This document shows positions 49,470 to 58,664 of a stretch of DNA of 64,000 nucleotides, one piece after another. Under the pieces are notes generated by a model that saw only the letters and a program-made list of their open reading frames with translations, was not told where the DNA came from and did no database searches. The DNA is taken from contig JAPLRK010000084.1 of the NCBI GenBank assembly GCA_026399195.1, positions 2,116-66,115 of the forward strand, read 5' to 3'. The DNA comes from Legionellales bacterium (lineage in GTDB: Bacteria; Pseudomonadota; Gammaproteobacteria; Legionellales; Legionellaceae). The position numbers were made by a program, and so were the translations under genes. Each line of letters starts with the position of its first letter. The first letter of the stretch is position 1.

Positions 49470-49993
49470 CTCGTAGCCTCATACGTTAATTCAACTCGTC
49501 TATTTTGAAGGTGGGAGGCTTCGTCATGGCCTAAGTTAGCGGGGCGCTCTTTACCGTAACTGACCACGCGGATCTGATCTCTACCTACACCTGTCATTCG
49601 TATTAATTCGGCCACAGAATTGGCTCGGCGTTCGCCTAAGGCCACGTTATATTCTCGGCTTCCGCGTTCGTCGGTATGGCCTGCAAGCAGCACACGTGCA
49701 CCGGGGTTTGCTTTGAGATACTCAGACTGGGCATTGACGGACGGGACGTATTTTGAGGCTAAGACGCTGTTGTCATAGGAAAACAAGTACACTTGATTAT
49801 GGGGTGCTTGGGTGGTGTACATTTCACCTGCTTCTTGGCCGGCGAAGTGGTTTTGTTGTCCTAAGCCGTGTGCTTGGAGTCCATCTGCATTTCCTCCCAT
49901 GCCATCTGCACTACCTGGTGCTTTTGAGCACGCTGCGAGCAGTATGACACTTGCTGCAACAAGTCCTAATTTTAGAAAAGATCTGGTGTTCAT
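49466..49993 (-). CDS. pal: peptidoglycan-associated lipoprotein Pal
   Basis: Lipobox LLAAC and an OmpA-like domain (GHTDERGSREYNVALGERRA). Confidence 0.85.
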   Translation of the reverse strand: MNTRSFLKLGLVAASVILLAACSKAPGSADGMGGNADGLQAHGLGQQNHFAGQEAGEMYTTQAPHNQVYLFSYDNSVLASKYVPSVNAQSEYLKANPGARVLLAGHTDERGSREYNVALGERRANSVAELIRMTGVGRDQIRVVSYGKERPANLGHDEASHLQNRRVELTYEATR

Positions 49994-50083
49994 CCTGTGT
50001 CTCCTTTTTATGAATTTTTATGAATCTTGGGCCCGCTCATCCAATCGATGTTGTGCGATGGCGGCTCATTGTACAATTGTTTT

Positions 50084-50716
50084 TTATTTTTGGCTATTGT
50101 TGCGAACTATCTTGCTATCATTTTCAATTTCTTTGACTACAAATGATGACAAATTGCTCGTAAATGTCTTTACGGCAAGGTTTGCGGCAATTACGCCGCC
50201 ATAGGGTGTGTCACTCGGAGATATGGCTCGTTCATGGAACGTGCGTGAGGCTACGATTCGATTATCTTCAATGTGGGTGATGACACCATGGACTACCAAG
50301 TCGACAATGCTCGGTTTGACTTGGAAGTTTTGTTGTAGGGAGATCAGTTGTGTGTCCAATCGATAGTTCGCTCTATCTGCATATGGGCCAGAAGCTACCG
50401 CGTGAAAATAGTGTGTTTTTTGTAGGCTTTCTATGATGAGTGGGTAAATCATGTTGGCAGGACTGCTAACCCAGGCATTATTGACAAAGGAGTCTAGGGC
50501 ATAGGGTTTTTGTAGATAATGGATTTGTTCTGTTTGATTGCCGGCCAAAGCCTCAGGTACTGAAACCAGCAGCGTCAGGTTTGTTTTTTTGTGTCCGGTG
50601 GTTTGGGCACTGAAAGCGTCGAGTTTGTACTGATGACTGACAGGAACCTTGATAGCGGAACAGGCCGTCAATATCAAGGAAACACAGATGAGACACGCTA
50701 ACTTTTTCACAGTCAT
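50084..50716 (-). CDS. ABC-transport auxiliary lipoprotein (DUF330/PqiC-like)
   Basis: 210 aa with lipobox LILTAC. It is the last gene of the MCE-type ABC operon and overlaps the MCE gene stop. Confidence 0.6.
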   Translation of the reverse strand: MTVKKLACLICVSLILTACSAIKVPVSHQYKLDAFSAQTTGHKKTNLTLLVSVPEALAGNQTEQIHYLQKPYALDSFVNNAWVSSPANMIYPLIIESLQKTHYFHAVASGPYADRANYRLDTQLISLQQNFQVKPSIVDLVVHGVITHIEDNRIVASRTFHERAISPSDTPYGGVIAANLAVKTFTSNLSSFVVKEIENDSKIVRNNSQK

Positions 50717-51573
50717 TCTCCAGGACCTGGTTTAAGGGGGGTAGTGCCACGTATGATGATGGCTGGATTTTGGCGCATTTGAGCGCTCACTTTTTCAAGA
50801 TTTGCGGCTATCAAATCCAAGCGATGTAACAAAATCACCATGGGAGGAAGGGTTTGCTGTGATAATTTATCGGCCGCATTTTTTCCTGATTGCATGGCGA
50901 TACTGACTTGCTTGCCTGCGGTTGACATGTGGCCAGTCATGTTGCTGAACTTGTTCACAGCAGTCTTGAGATCTTGTAGGAGTACCGGTAGATCTTTTAG
51001 GCTCTGATGAAGACTATCATTACTTTTGGCAATGATTTGGGTGACGGATTCGATGTTGGCTAGCGATTTTTTGATGGCTAGGGCGTTTTCTTTGTCAAAA
51101 ACGCGTTTGATGCCCATACTGACTTCATGAATATTTTTTTCAAGTTTACTGAGGAACGAGTGCTTGAAGGGGATGACTGGGTAAGGTTCGCCTGGCGTTT
51201 TTTGCAAGGGAAAAGGCGAAGAGGAGCTGGCTGATAACCCTAAATAAGTTGTGCCGGTGATGCCTTGGTTTATCAAGGTGGCCTGAGTGCTGACGGTGAT
51301 GGGCGTCCCTTCCTCAATTTTGATTAGGATTTTGACTTGCTGCGGATCAAGTTGGTCTAATTCAATTTTGCTGACCAATCCCACCTTAACCCCATTGTAT
51401 TTGACAGCAGAATCATCGCTGAGACCGGAGACGGCCTCATCAATATACAGCGTGTACATGTCGTATTTTTTTCTATCAAAACCCACAGAGAGCCAGACAC
51501 CCGCCGCAAAAAGGCCCACGATAAGAATCAGGACGGTTAAGCCCACGATCGTATAATTAGTTTTTGATTCCAA
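50713..51573 (-). CDS. MCE/MlaD-family substrate-binding protein
   Basis: The N-terminal TM (ESKTNYTIVGLTVLILIV) is followed by an MCE domain. The best start is TTG 51573, preceded by AGGAGG; the ORF track start at 51612 lies inside the ATPase gene. Confidence 0.75.
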   Translation of the reverse strand: MESKTNYTIVGLTVLILIVGLFAAGVWLSVGFDRKKYDMYTLYIDEAVSGLSDDSAVKYNGVKVGLVSKIELDQLDPQQVKILIKIEEGTPITVSTQATLINQGITGTTYLGLSASSSSPFPLQKTPGEPYPVIPFKHSFLSKLEKNIHEVSMGIKRVFDKENALAIKKSLANIESVTQIIAKSNDSLHQSLKDLPVLLQDLKTAVNKFSNMTGHMSTAGKQVSIAMQSGKNAADKLSQQTLPPMVILLHRLDLIAANLEKVSAQMRQNPAIIIRGTTPLKPGPGE

Positions 51574-52333
51574 GCCTTCCTCCTGGTGACATATGACTGA
51601 AATAATCAGCAATCAAGGGATCTTTGTTTTTCATCAATTCCTCTATCGGTTGTTGACTGACTATTTTACCAGCGCCAATGAATGCAACGCGATCTGTGCA
51701 TCGTTTTAAAGATTCAATATCATGGCTTACGATGACTACGGTTAAGTTTAATGTGTCGCGTAAAAATACAATAAGCTCGTCAAATTGCCTGGCACTTAAG
51801 GGATCAAGGCCTGAGGTTGGCTCATCGAGGAACAACAATTCAGGATCCATGGCAATGGCCCGCGCTGCGGCGGCACGTCTTTGCATGCCTCCACTCAGTT
51901 GTGATGGATATTTATTTGCAGCATCCTTGGGAAGCCCTACCAAATTGAGTTTCAATAGGGCTAATTTTTGCATAAAAGGCTTGTCTAGGGTGGTCAGTTC
52001 GCGCATAGGGAAGATGATGTTTTCCAATACGGTCATCGCTGAGAAAAGCGCACTGTGTTGAAACAACATGCCCCAGCGTTTTCGGAGAGCGTCGGCGGCT
52101 TGTTCGCTCAGGGTATTGATGTCCTGTCCAAACACACGAATTGTACCAGATGTTGGTTTTTGAAGCATTACGATGCTGCGTAAAATGGTTGTTTTTCCAC
52201 TGCCACTGCCGCCGATGATGGCAAGGATCTCGCCTTTTTCAACGCTCATGTTGATGTCGGAGTGCACCCATTGGCCCCCCAGATAGTTTTTCAATCCTTT
52301 GATTTCAATCACTGCTTGATTTAGAGGATTCAC
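51557..52333 (-). CDS. ABC transporter ATP-binding protein (MlaF-like)
   Basis: GGSGSGKTT, LSGGMQRRAAAARA, LFLDEPTSGLD. Confidence 0.9.
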   Translation of the reverse strand: MNPLNQAVIEIKGLKNYLGGQWVHSDINMSVEKGEILAIIGGSGSGKTTILRSIVMLQKPTSGTIRVFGQDINTLSEQAADALRKRWGMLFQHSALFSAMTVLENIIFPMRELTTLDKPFMQKLALLKLNLVGLPKDAANKYPSQLSGGMQRRAAAARAIAMDPELLFLDEPTSGLDPLSARQFDELIVFLRDTLNLTVVIVSHDIESLKRCTDRVAFIGAGKIVSQQPIEELMKNKDPLIADYFSHMSPGGRLGIKN

Positions 52334-52334
52334 G

Positions 52335-53462
52335 TTATAGATCTAGCCAACCGTATATTACTGAAAAGAAAGCATCAGCAATGATGATTAAAAATAAAGC
52401 CTGCACCACACTTTTTGTGGTTTGGCTTCCCACGCTGTCTGCATTAGATTCCACTCGAAATCCTTGAAAACAACCCACCAGTGCTATCAATACCGCGAAA
52501 GCAGGCGCTTTGTACAATCCTAACATCATTTGCTTGAGGCCAACAGAATCTTGAAGGCGTGTCAGAAAATCCAAATATCCTATCTGCAACATGAATTTGG
52601 ACATCACCATGGCGCCTAAGGTGCTGAAGAAATCAGACCAAAAAATTAATAAGGGAAAAGCAATGAGTAAGCTTATGACTTTAGGAACAACCAGTAATTC
52701 GACAGGGGATAGCCCCATGGTTCTGAGAGCATCAATTTCTTCATTGATTTTCATGCTGCCAATTTGAGCGGTAAAGGCTGAGCTCGTGCGCCCTGCGATG
52801 ATGATGGCAGTGATGAGCGGCGCGAATTCACGAAAAATCGCCATGCCTGACAAATACGCAATAAAAATATTAGCACCATAAGTTTCAAGTTCAAGTCCCA
52901 TTTGGTATGCGAGCACGATGCCAATCAGAAATGAAAGCCAGGCTACGATGGGCAGTGCTTTGACCCCACAGGAATCAAGGTTCGAAATGATGCTTGGGAT
53001 TTGGAAACGGCGCCATTCGCCGAAGGCATTAAAAATTTTGTCGCTTAAATTGCCGATTAACACGAGTAACCCGTTGACTTGATTGAGTTTATACATCGTC
53101 ACTCTGCCGAGGTGATACAGGCTGTTTTTCTTCTCTGGGGGAGGGGGCGTGTCATCGAGCACCTCTCGTTTGCTTTCAATCAAGGTTAATAAATGTTGGT
53201 GTTGGTTATTGAAATCAACCAATTCAATTTGGTTATGATGACTTTTTAATTCATCGAGACATTGTATGAGGGTTAAAGCACCTGCTGAGTCAAATTTGGT
53301 CAGACGTGCTCCACATACTTTGATGGTTTCCGATGTGGGCAAGGACGTTTGTTTGAACTGTTTGAACACATCATGAAGATTGATCATGGACCAATTGCCC
53401 TCGCATTGGTAGCGACGATGGTTGGAGTCAAAACGAAAGTGGGGTTCTACCATGGGTGTCAT
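52335..53462 (-). CDS. ABC permease (MlaE family) with N-terminal STAS-like domain
   Basis: 375 aa. The N-terminal approximately 110 aa are soluble, followed by the MlaE-type TM core (..REFAPLITAIIIAGRTSSAFTAQIGSMKINEEIDAL). Confidence 0.8.
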   Translation of the reverse strand: MTPMVEPHFRFDSNHRRYQCEGNWSMINLHDVFKQFKQTSLPTSETIKVCGARLTKFDSAGALTLIQCLDELKSHHNQIELVDFNNQHQHLLTLIESKREVLDDTPPPPEKKNSLYHLGRVTMYKLNQVNGLLVLIGNLSDKIFNAFGEWRRFQIPSIISNLDSCGVKALPIVAWLSFLIGIVLAYQMGLELETYGANIFIAYLSGMAIFREFAPLITAIIIAGRTSSAFTAQIGSMKINEEIDALRTMGLSPVELLVVPKVISLLIAFPLLIFWSDFFSTLGAMVMSKFMLQIGYLDFLTRLQDSVGLKQMMLGLYKAPAFAVLIALVGCFQGFRVESNADSVGSQTTKSVVQALFLIIIADAFFSVIYGWLDL

Positions 53463-53526
53463 TTTCTCATGTGATTAGGTCCGCAACGTCCTATTCTATG
53501 GGATAACTGGTTGCTTTTGTAGGTTT

Positions 53527-54603
53527 ATGGTAGAATTCAATCATTTTTCTGCAAATGATGGCAGGTTCATGACAGACGACCACGGGCAATTTGAACAACG
53601 TAAGCGTGATCACATCGAGCTTGCGCTCATGCCATCTAATCAGGCGGATGAGCTGAATACATTTGACAAACTCTCATTTGTTCATGAAGCCTTGCCTGAT
53701 ATGAATTTTGATGAGATTTCCATTGGCAGTGAGCGATTGGGATGTGTCGTTTCAAAACCATTCATGGTGGGGTCAATGACAGCCGGGCATCGACATGCTG
53801 GCATCATCAATCGTCATCTTCTCAAGGCCTGTGCTGAAAGTGGATGGGCTATGGGCGTTGGTTCTCAACGTCGTGAATTGACCGATCCCAAAGCTGCTGA
53901 CGAATGGCATCCACTTCGTCGCGACAATCCGTCTGTGTCACTCTTTAGTAATCTAGGAATAGCACAACTCATGTCAACGCCCATGGTTCAAATACAACGG
54001 TTAACGGATGTTATCCAGGCAGAAGCGTTGATCATCCATTGTAATCCTTTGCAAGAATGTATTCAGCCTGAGGGCACGCCAACCTTTAAAGGGTGTTGGC
54101 AAGCGCTTGAGTCTCTTGTGAAGGCATTGCCTCTTCCAGTGGTTGTGAAAGAGACAGGATGTGGGTTTTCACGACAGACCTTGGCACGCCTCAATGAGAT
54201 AGGGGTTGCCGCTGTTGATGTCAGTGGCTCAGGTGGGACTCACTGGGGGCGTATCGAGGGACATCGTGCAGTGGATGATTCGCTGCGCCATCAAGCTTCA
54301 ATTACCTTTCAAAATTGGGGTGTTGATACGGTTCAAAGCGTGCGTAATGCTCGCGAGATTGTGCCTGATTTTGAAATTTGGGGTTCAGGTGGGGTTCGTC
54401 ATGGTTTGGATGCGGCCAAGTTATTTGCTCTTGGTGCATCAACAGTGGCTTTTGCAAAACCTATGTTGGAAGCTGCATTGACATCGGCACAGGATGTTTT
54501 AACCGTGATGGCCGTTATTGAATATGAACTGAAGGTTGCTATGTTTTGTACAGGCAGTCGTGTTTTAGGTGATTTGAGGAGGGGACATGTCATCAGCTCA
54601 TGA
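53527..54603 (+). CDS. fni: type 2 isopentenyl-diphosphate delta-isomerase (FMN-dependent)
   Basis: FEQRKRDHIELAL.., VVKETGCG.., GSGGTHWGRIE, GSGGVRHGLD. An alternative start is ATG 53569. Confidence 0.85.
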   Translation: MVEFNHFSANDGRFMTDDHGQFEQRKRDHIELALMPSNQADELNTFDKLSFVHEALPDMNFDEISIGSERLGCVVSKPFMVGSMTAGHRHAGIINRHLLKACAESGWAMGVGSQRRELTDPKAADEWHPLRRDNPSVSLFSNLGIAQLMSTPMVQIQRLTDVIQAEALIIHCNPLQECIQPEGTPTFKGCWQALESLVKALPLPVVVKETGCGFSRQTLARLNEIGVAAVDVSGSGGTHWGRIEGHRAVDDSLRHQASITFQNWGVDTVQSVRNAREIVPDFEIWGSGGVRHGLDAAKLFALGASTVAFAKPMLEAALTSAQDVLTVMAVIEYELKVAMFCTGSRVLGDLRRGHVISS

Positions 54604-55873
54604 TGCCGGTCAATTGTTTCAAGGGTTTTCAAAGCTTTCCCGTGAAGAGCGGTTTAAACGATTGGTAGCCATAGGTGCCATGACACCCGAGGACGTTTTG
54701 TTTTTGCGAGATGGGGGGGTGTCAGATGTGCATCTCGCGGATCAATTGATTGAAAATGTCATCGGATATTTTCAACTGCCACTGGGAGTTGCCACTTATT
54801 TTTGTATTGATGATCGTGACTATGTGATTCCTTTGGCGGTTGAAGAGACCTCTATTATTGCTGCCTTGTCCAAAACTGCGAAATGGATTCGGCGTCATGG
54901 CTCAATCACAACGCATGTGAGTGGGCACTGTATTCTTGGGCAAATTCAATTAGCTAGAGTGAACGATTTTCCAAGATTTTCGGCTCTTTTCGACGATAAT
55001 AAACAGTATTTCATTGAGAAAGCCAATGAAGATGTCGCCTCGACCATGGTCCGCCGAGGGGGTGGGGTTGTTGATTTACAATTGCGTCAATTGCCGAGAG
55101 CTGATGGGGGTGTGATGGCGGTGGTTCATTTGCTGATGGACTGCTGTGATGCGATGGGCGCTAATATCATGAACCAAACGCTTGAATATTTAAAAGGGCC
55201 GATCGAGCAAGTGACTGGTGAACAGGTCACGATGTGTATTCTGTCTAATTTAAATGATCAGAAGCTCACGACCGCAAAGGTGCTGCTTCATGATGTTGAT
55301 GTTGAATTGGGCGAGCGGTTAGAGGAAGCCTCATTATTTGCAGAAACTTGCCCTTATCGTGCGGCTACTCATAACAAAGGGGTGATGAATGGGATCGATC
55401 CAGTGTTGATTGCGACTGGAAATGATTGGCGTGCGGTGGAGGCTGGGGTGCATGCGTTTGCAGCACGGACAGGTGTGTATCAATCCATATCGCGATGGCG
55501 ATACCATGCGGGTACTTTAACTGGTGAGTTAACGGCTCCCATCATTGTTGGAACCGTTGGGGGTGTGACTTCTCTTCACCCAACAGCAAAAATGTGTTTA
55601 CGAATGATGGGGATTGAGTCTGCGAATCAATTATCTCGGGTGATTGCAGCAGTAGGTTTGGTGCAAAATTTGGGGGCGTTGAGGGCACTTTGTACCGATG
55701 GGATTATTCAAGGTCACATGAAATTACACATCGATAATTTGATCATGGTCGCGGGAGCTACTGACAGTGAAATGCCTTTTTTGAAAAAACGGCTTCAGCA
55801 GTGGTTGGTGAAGCATAAGCGCATCAGTTCTTCGAATGCTTTTGAGTTACTGGCTGAAATTCGACAATCATGA
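54587..55873 (+). CDS. mvaA: hydroxymethylglutaryl-CoA reductase, class II
   Basis: 428 aa; ENVIGYFQLPLGVA, AVEETSIIAA, DAMGANIMN, GTVGG. GGAGGGG precedes the ATG, and the gene overlaps the fni stop. Confidence 0.85.
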   Translation: MSSAHDAGQLFQGFSKLSREERFKRLVAIGAMTPEDVLFLRDGGVSDVHLADQLIENVIGYFQLPLGVATYFCIDDRDYVIPLAVEETSIIAALSKTAKWIRRHGSITTHVSGHCILGQIQLARVNDFPRFSALFDDNKQYFIEKANEDVASTMVRRGGGVVDLQLRQLPRADGGVMAVVHLLMDCCDAMGANIMNQTLEYLKGPIEQVTGEQVTMCILSNLNDQKLTTAKVLLHDVDVELGERLEEASLFAETCPYRAATHNKGVMNGIDPVLIATGNDWRAVEAGVHAFAARTGVYQSISRWRYHAGTLTGELTAPIIVGTVGGVTSLHPTAKMCLRMMGIESANQLSRVIAAVGLVQNLGALRALCTDGIIQGHMKLHIDNLIMVAGATDSEMPFLKKRLQQWLVKHKRISSSNAFELLAEIRQS

Positions 55874-56730
55874 AATGGCGTATTCCTGGCAAAACCTTTC
55901 TGGTGGGTGAGTATGCGGCACTTGCTGGATTGGATGCGATTCTTTTGACAACATTGCCTTGTTTTGAAGTGAGTAAAACAACCGATGTGGGTTTGCATGG
56001 CATTCATCCCGAATCTCCTGCAGGGCGATGGTGGCATGCTCATGGTGACACAGGTTTTGGTTTGCTATGGGTTGATCCTTATCAGGGCTTAGGTGGCCTC
56101 GGGGCTTCGAGCGCGCAATTTATCGGCGCATATCACGCCAGCATGACCACAAAGCCTCATCAACAGGGCCTGCTAGAGGCTTATTTTGAGTTAACCGAAA
56201 CTCTTGAAGGACTGAGACCTAGTGGCTATGATGTGTTGGCCCAGTCTTTACGGGGTTGTGTTTATATTAACAAAACAAGGATGCAGCATGTATACCCTGT
56301 GTGGCCCTTTCAGGATATAGCTTTCATTCTTTTACACACAGGCCAAAAATTAGCGACGCATCAGCATTTAAGCACTATGAGTATTCCTAAGGGTGTCGAC
56401 CAACTATCTGTTCTTGTGGGTGATGCGCAAAAGGCATTGGATGCAGGGGATGGGCATTTATTGGTTACAGCCGTGAATGCATATCACCAGAAGCTTTCTG
56501 AAATGAATTTAGTAGCAGATCATTCCTTGCATCAGGTGGATGTTTTGAAAGCGATGCCAGAGGTTTTGGCGGCGAAGGGATGTGGTGCCATGGGCGCCGA
56601 TATTTTGTTGCTTTTGGTGCCGATGAATCAGCTGGCCGTTGTAAGTTCTCGATTAAAGTCTCAGGCATGGACGGTGATAGCCACCAGTGATGATTTGTCT
56701 TCCCCTCGGGGAGAAGGAAAGGATCGATGA
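55870..56730 (+). CDS. phosphomevalonate kinase-like GHMP kinase
   Basis: GKTFLVGEYAALAG N-terminus and the GHMP loop GLGGLGASSAQF. ATGA overlaps the HMGR stop. At 286 aa it is short for the family, and its last codons run into a GC-rich palindromic element. Confidence 0.6.
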   Translation: MKWRIPGKTFLVGEYAALAGLDAILLTTLPCFEVSKTTDVGLHGIHPESPAGRWWHAHGDTGFGLLWVDPYQGLGGLGASSAQFIGAYHASMTTKPHQQGLLEAYFELTETLEGLRPSGYDVLAQSLRGCVYINKTRMQHVYPVWPFQDIAFILLHTGQKLATHQHLSTMSIPKGVDQLSVLVGDAQKALDAGDGHLLVTAVNAYHQKLSEMNLVADHSLHQVDVLKAMPEVLAAKGCGAMGADILLLLVPMNQLAVVSSRLKSQAWTVIATSDDLSSPRGEGKDR

Positions 56731-56798
56731 AAACAAGAAAAATCTTAAAAAAAGACTTGAAATTTCAGATTGATCCGGTATCATTCCAGCCTCTTTGG

Positions 56799-56874
56799 GG
56801 GCCGTTAGCTCAGTTGGTAGAGCAGGAGGCTTTTAACCTCTGTGTCATAGGTTCAAATCCTATACGGCCCACCA
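56799..56874 (+). tRNA. tRNA-Lys (anticodon UUU)
   Basis: Acceptor stem gggccgt/acggccc, D-arm agctcagttggtagagc, anticodon loop cuUUUaa, T-arm ggttcaaatcc, and an encoded CCA. Confidence 0.9.
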
Positions 56875-56897
56875 TTTTAATTTCTAACCTCTAAAGC

Positions 56898-56974
56898 GCG
56901 CTCGTAGCTCAGCTGGATAGAGTACTTGGCTTCGAACCAAGGTGTCGGGGGTTCGAGTCCCTCCGAGCGCACCA
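56898..56974 (+). tRNA. tRNA-Arg (anticodon UCG)
   Basis: Acceptor stem gcgctcg/cgagcgc, anticodon stem cttgg/ccaag with loop cuUCGaa, T-arm gggggttcgagtccctc, and an encoded CCA. Confidence 0.9.
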
Positions 56975-57053
56975 TTTAATCAAGCACTTACGTGATATTT
57001 TCAAGGTTCCAAAAAAGTGATGTAGCAGATTTGTAACACTTTTTTTACAATCT

Positions 57054-58064
57054 TTAAATATCAGGCGTTTCCTTTGCTAGTCCAATGCCATTGATTTTGT
57101 TTGCAGCAGTTCGCAAATGGTCACCTGATAAGTGAGCATAACGCAGAACCATCTCAAAGCTAGACCACCCACCCAACTGTTGCAATTCTTGTAAGCTTGT
57201 TCCATTTTGAACGTGCCAACTTGCCCAAGTATGTCTTAAATCATGCCATCTGAAGCTTTCGATTCCGGCACGTTTTAAGGCCTTTGACCACGCCGCAGTA
57301 TTACATTGTCGGATTCGCTGATTCTGATAGGTAAAAACAAATCTTGAATGTAATCCGAGCCTGGACTGCAAGACATCAATAGCATTGTTGTTTAGGGGTA
57401 TAGAGATTGTTTTATTGGTTTTAGATTGATCCGCGTGGATCCATGCATTTCGTCGCTTCAAATCGACGTTCTGCCATTCTAGCCCCGTGACGTTTGAGGC
57501 ACGAAGACCAGTGGCCAATGTAAATGCCGCCATATCTTTCAGATGTTGAGGCAATTCTCGTAATAAACGATTTGCCTCAACAACAGTAAGCCCACGGATT
57601 CTACAGTTTTCGATTTGACGCATTCGTACAGCCGGAACTTTATCAATCCATTCCCATTCTTTAAACGCTTTCAGCAGCAAAGCTCTAACAATCTCCAAAA
57701 CCCTATTCACTGTAGTTAATGTAACACCTTCAGCTTCTTTTTTAAGTGCAATGTGTTCCAATACATCGTTGGTTATTTCATGTAAGTGGTAAGGACTTAG
57801 ATGACTATCCAACCATCTTAAATGCACTTTGTCAGTTTCAATGCTCCGTTTGGTGGTGTTTTCCCGTAACCATCGTAAAACACCATTGCGCCATGAATAA
57901 ACAGGTTTGTTCTCAAGTTTGGTAATATTCCACAGATCCGCTTTGAGTTTATCGTGGTATTCAAGTGCCGCTATTTTATCGTCAGTCCCAGTGCTTCGTT
58001 GTACTCTCTGTCCTTGATGGGTAAAGCTAATCCACCAAATTGTGTTTCTTTTGTAAAGCGCCAT
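57054..58064 (-). CDS. int: tyrosine-type site-specific integrase
   Basis: N-terminus MALYKRNTIWWISF. The catalytic region has ..TGLRASNV.., HDLRHTWASW and ..LGGWSSFEMVLRYAHL (R..HxxR..Y). Confidence 0.9.
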   Translation of the reverse strand: MALYKRNTIWWISFTHQGQRVQRSTGTDDKIAALEYHDKLKADLWNITKLENKPVYSWRNGVLRWLRENTTKRSIETDKVHLRWLDSHLSPYHLHEITNDVLEHIALKKEAEGVTLTTVNRVLEIVRALLLKAFKEWEWIDKVPAVRMRQIENCRIRGLTVVEANRLLRELPQHLKDMAAFTLATGLRASNVTGLEWQNVDLKRRNAWIHADQSKTNKTISIPLNNNAIDVLQSRLGLHSRFVFTYQNQRIRQCNTAAWSKALKRAGIESFRWHDLRHTWASWHVQNGTSLQELQQLGGWSSFEMVLRYAHLSGDHLRTAANKINGIGLAKETPDI

Positions 58065-58270
58065 GGTTTGTTACTCCTATGAACAGCGCCTTGCGATGTA
58101 ACAGCGCGAGCATACTTAGAACGCATGTAGATCACAAGATCATCCTGAAGAAAGCGCCAGCCTCTGCCGATCTTAACCGCTGGTATTACCCCATTTGCAG
58201 CTAGTCGCCTAACGGTTTCTTTATGAGCACCAAGAAATTCTGCGGCATGATTAATATTGAGTGTGTTCAT
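57971..58270 (-). CDS. xis: excisionase-family DNA-binding protein (MerR-like wHTH)
   Basis: MNTLNINHAAEFLGAHKETVRRLAANGVIPAVKIGRGWRFLQDDL is the excisionase HTH signature. The start is set at this Met (58270). The 3' end overlaps int by 94 nt. Confidence 0.7.
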   Translation of the reverse strand: MNTLNINHAAEFLGAHKETVRRLAANGVIPAVKIGRGWRFLQDDLVIYMRSKYARAVTSQGAVHRSNKPWRFTKETQFGGLALPIKDREYNEALGLTIK

Positions 58271-58274
58271 CGGT

Positions 58275-58529
58275 TTATTCCTTAGCAGAGTGCATAGGCG
58301 TCCTTGGTGTGTGGTTCTCGAGCTCAATCACCATGTGATACAGTTTTACGAGTTGTAATTCAGAGGAAAATCCTGCTGGGAGCTGATCATCGTAATAGAT
58401 TGACCGGATGTTGTTGATGGATGTGTCGGACAAATCTGCAATATCTTTAAATGTATAACGAGTTGAGTCAAGCAGGTAGTGAATCATTGCTTTATAGATG
58501 AGTGTTTTTGAATTATTTTTCACAATCAA
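58275..58529 (-). CDS. small hypothetical protein, possible HTH
   Basis: 84 aa, 4 nt upstream of xis on the same strand. YTFKDIADLSDTSINNIRSIY resembles an HTH. Confidence 0.4.
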   Translation of the reverse strand: MIVKNNSKTLIYKAMIHYLLDSTRYTFKDIADLSDTSINNIRSIYYDDQLPAGFSSELQLVKLYHMVIELENHTPRTPMHSAKE

Positions 58530-58664
58530 TGTCCTTTTTTGTTGTTTGGTGGTTTTTTTGATAAAAACCGCATTTAGATCCCCTAGGCAAATGCTACTTT
58601 AAGTTGGTGTTTAATGCAATCGTTGGTTGCTGTTATTTAAATCTAAAGTTGCTTACAATGTATT

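Noticed and set aside
49994-50083. Absence of tolB upstream of pal as a possible rearrangement breakpoint.
   Set aside because: The observation holds: pal is preceded by the end of the MCE ABC operon rather than by tolB. However, tol-pal gene order varies among reduced genomes, and nothing in the 90-bp gap indicates a recent event.
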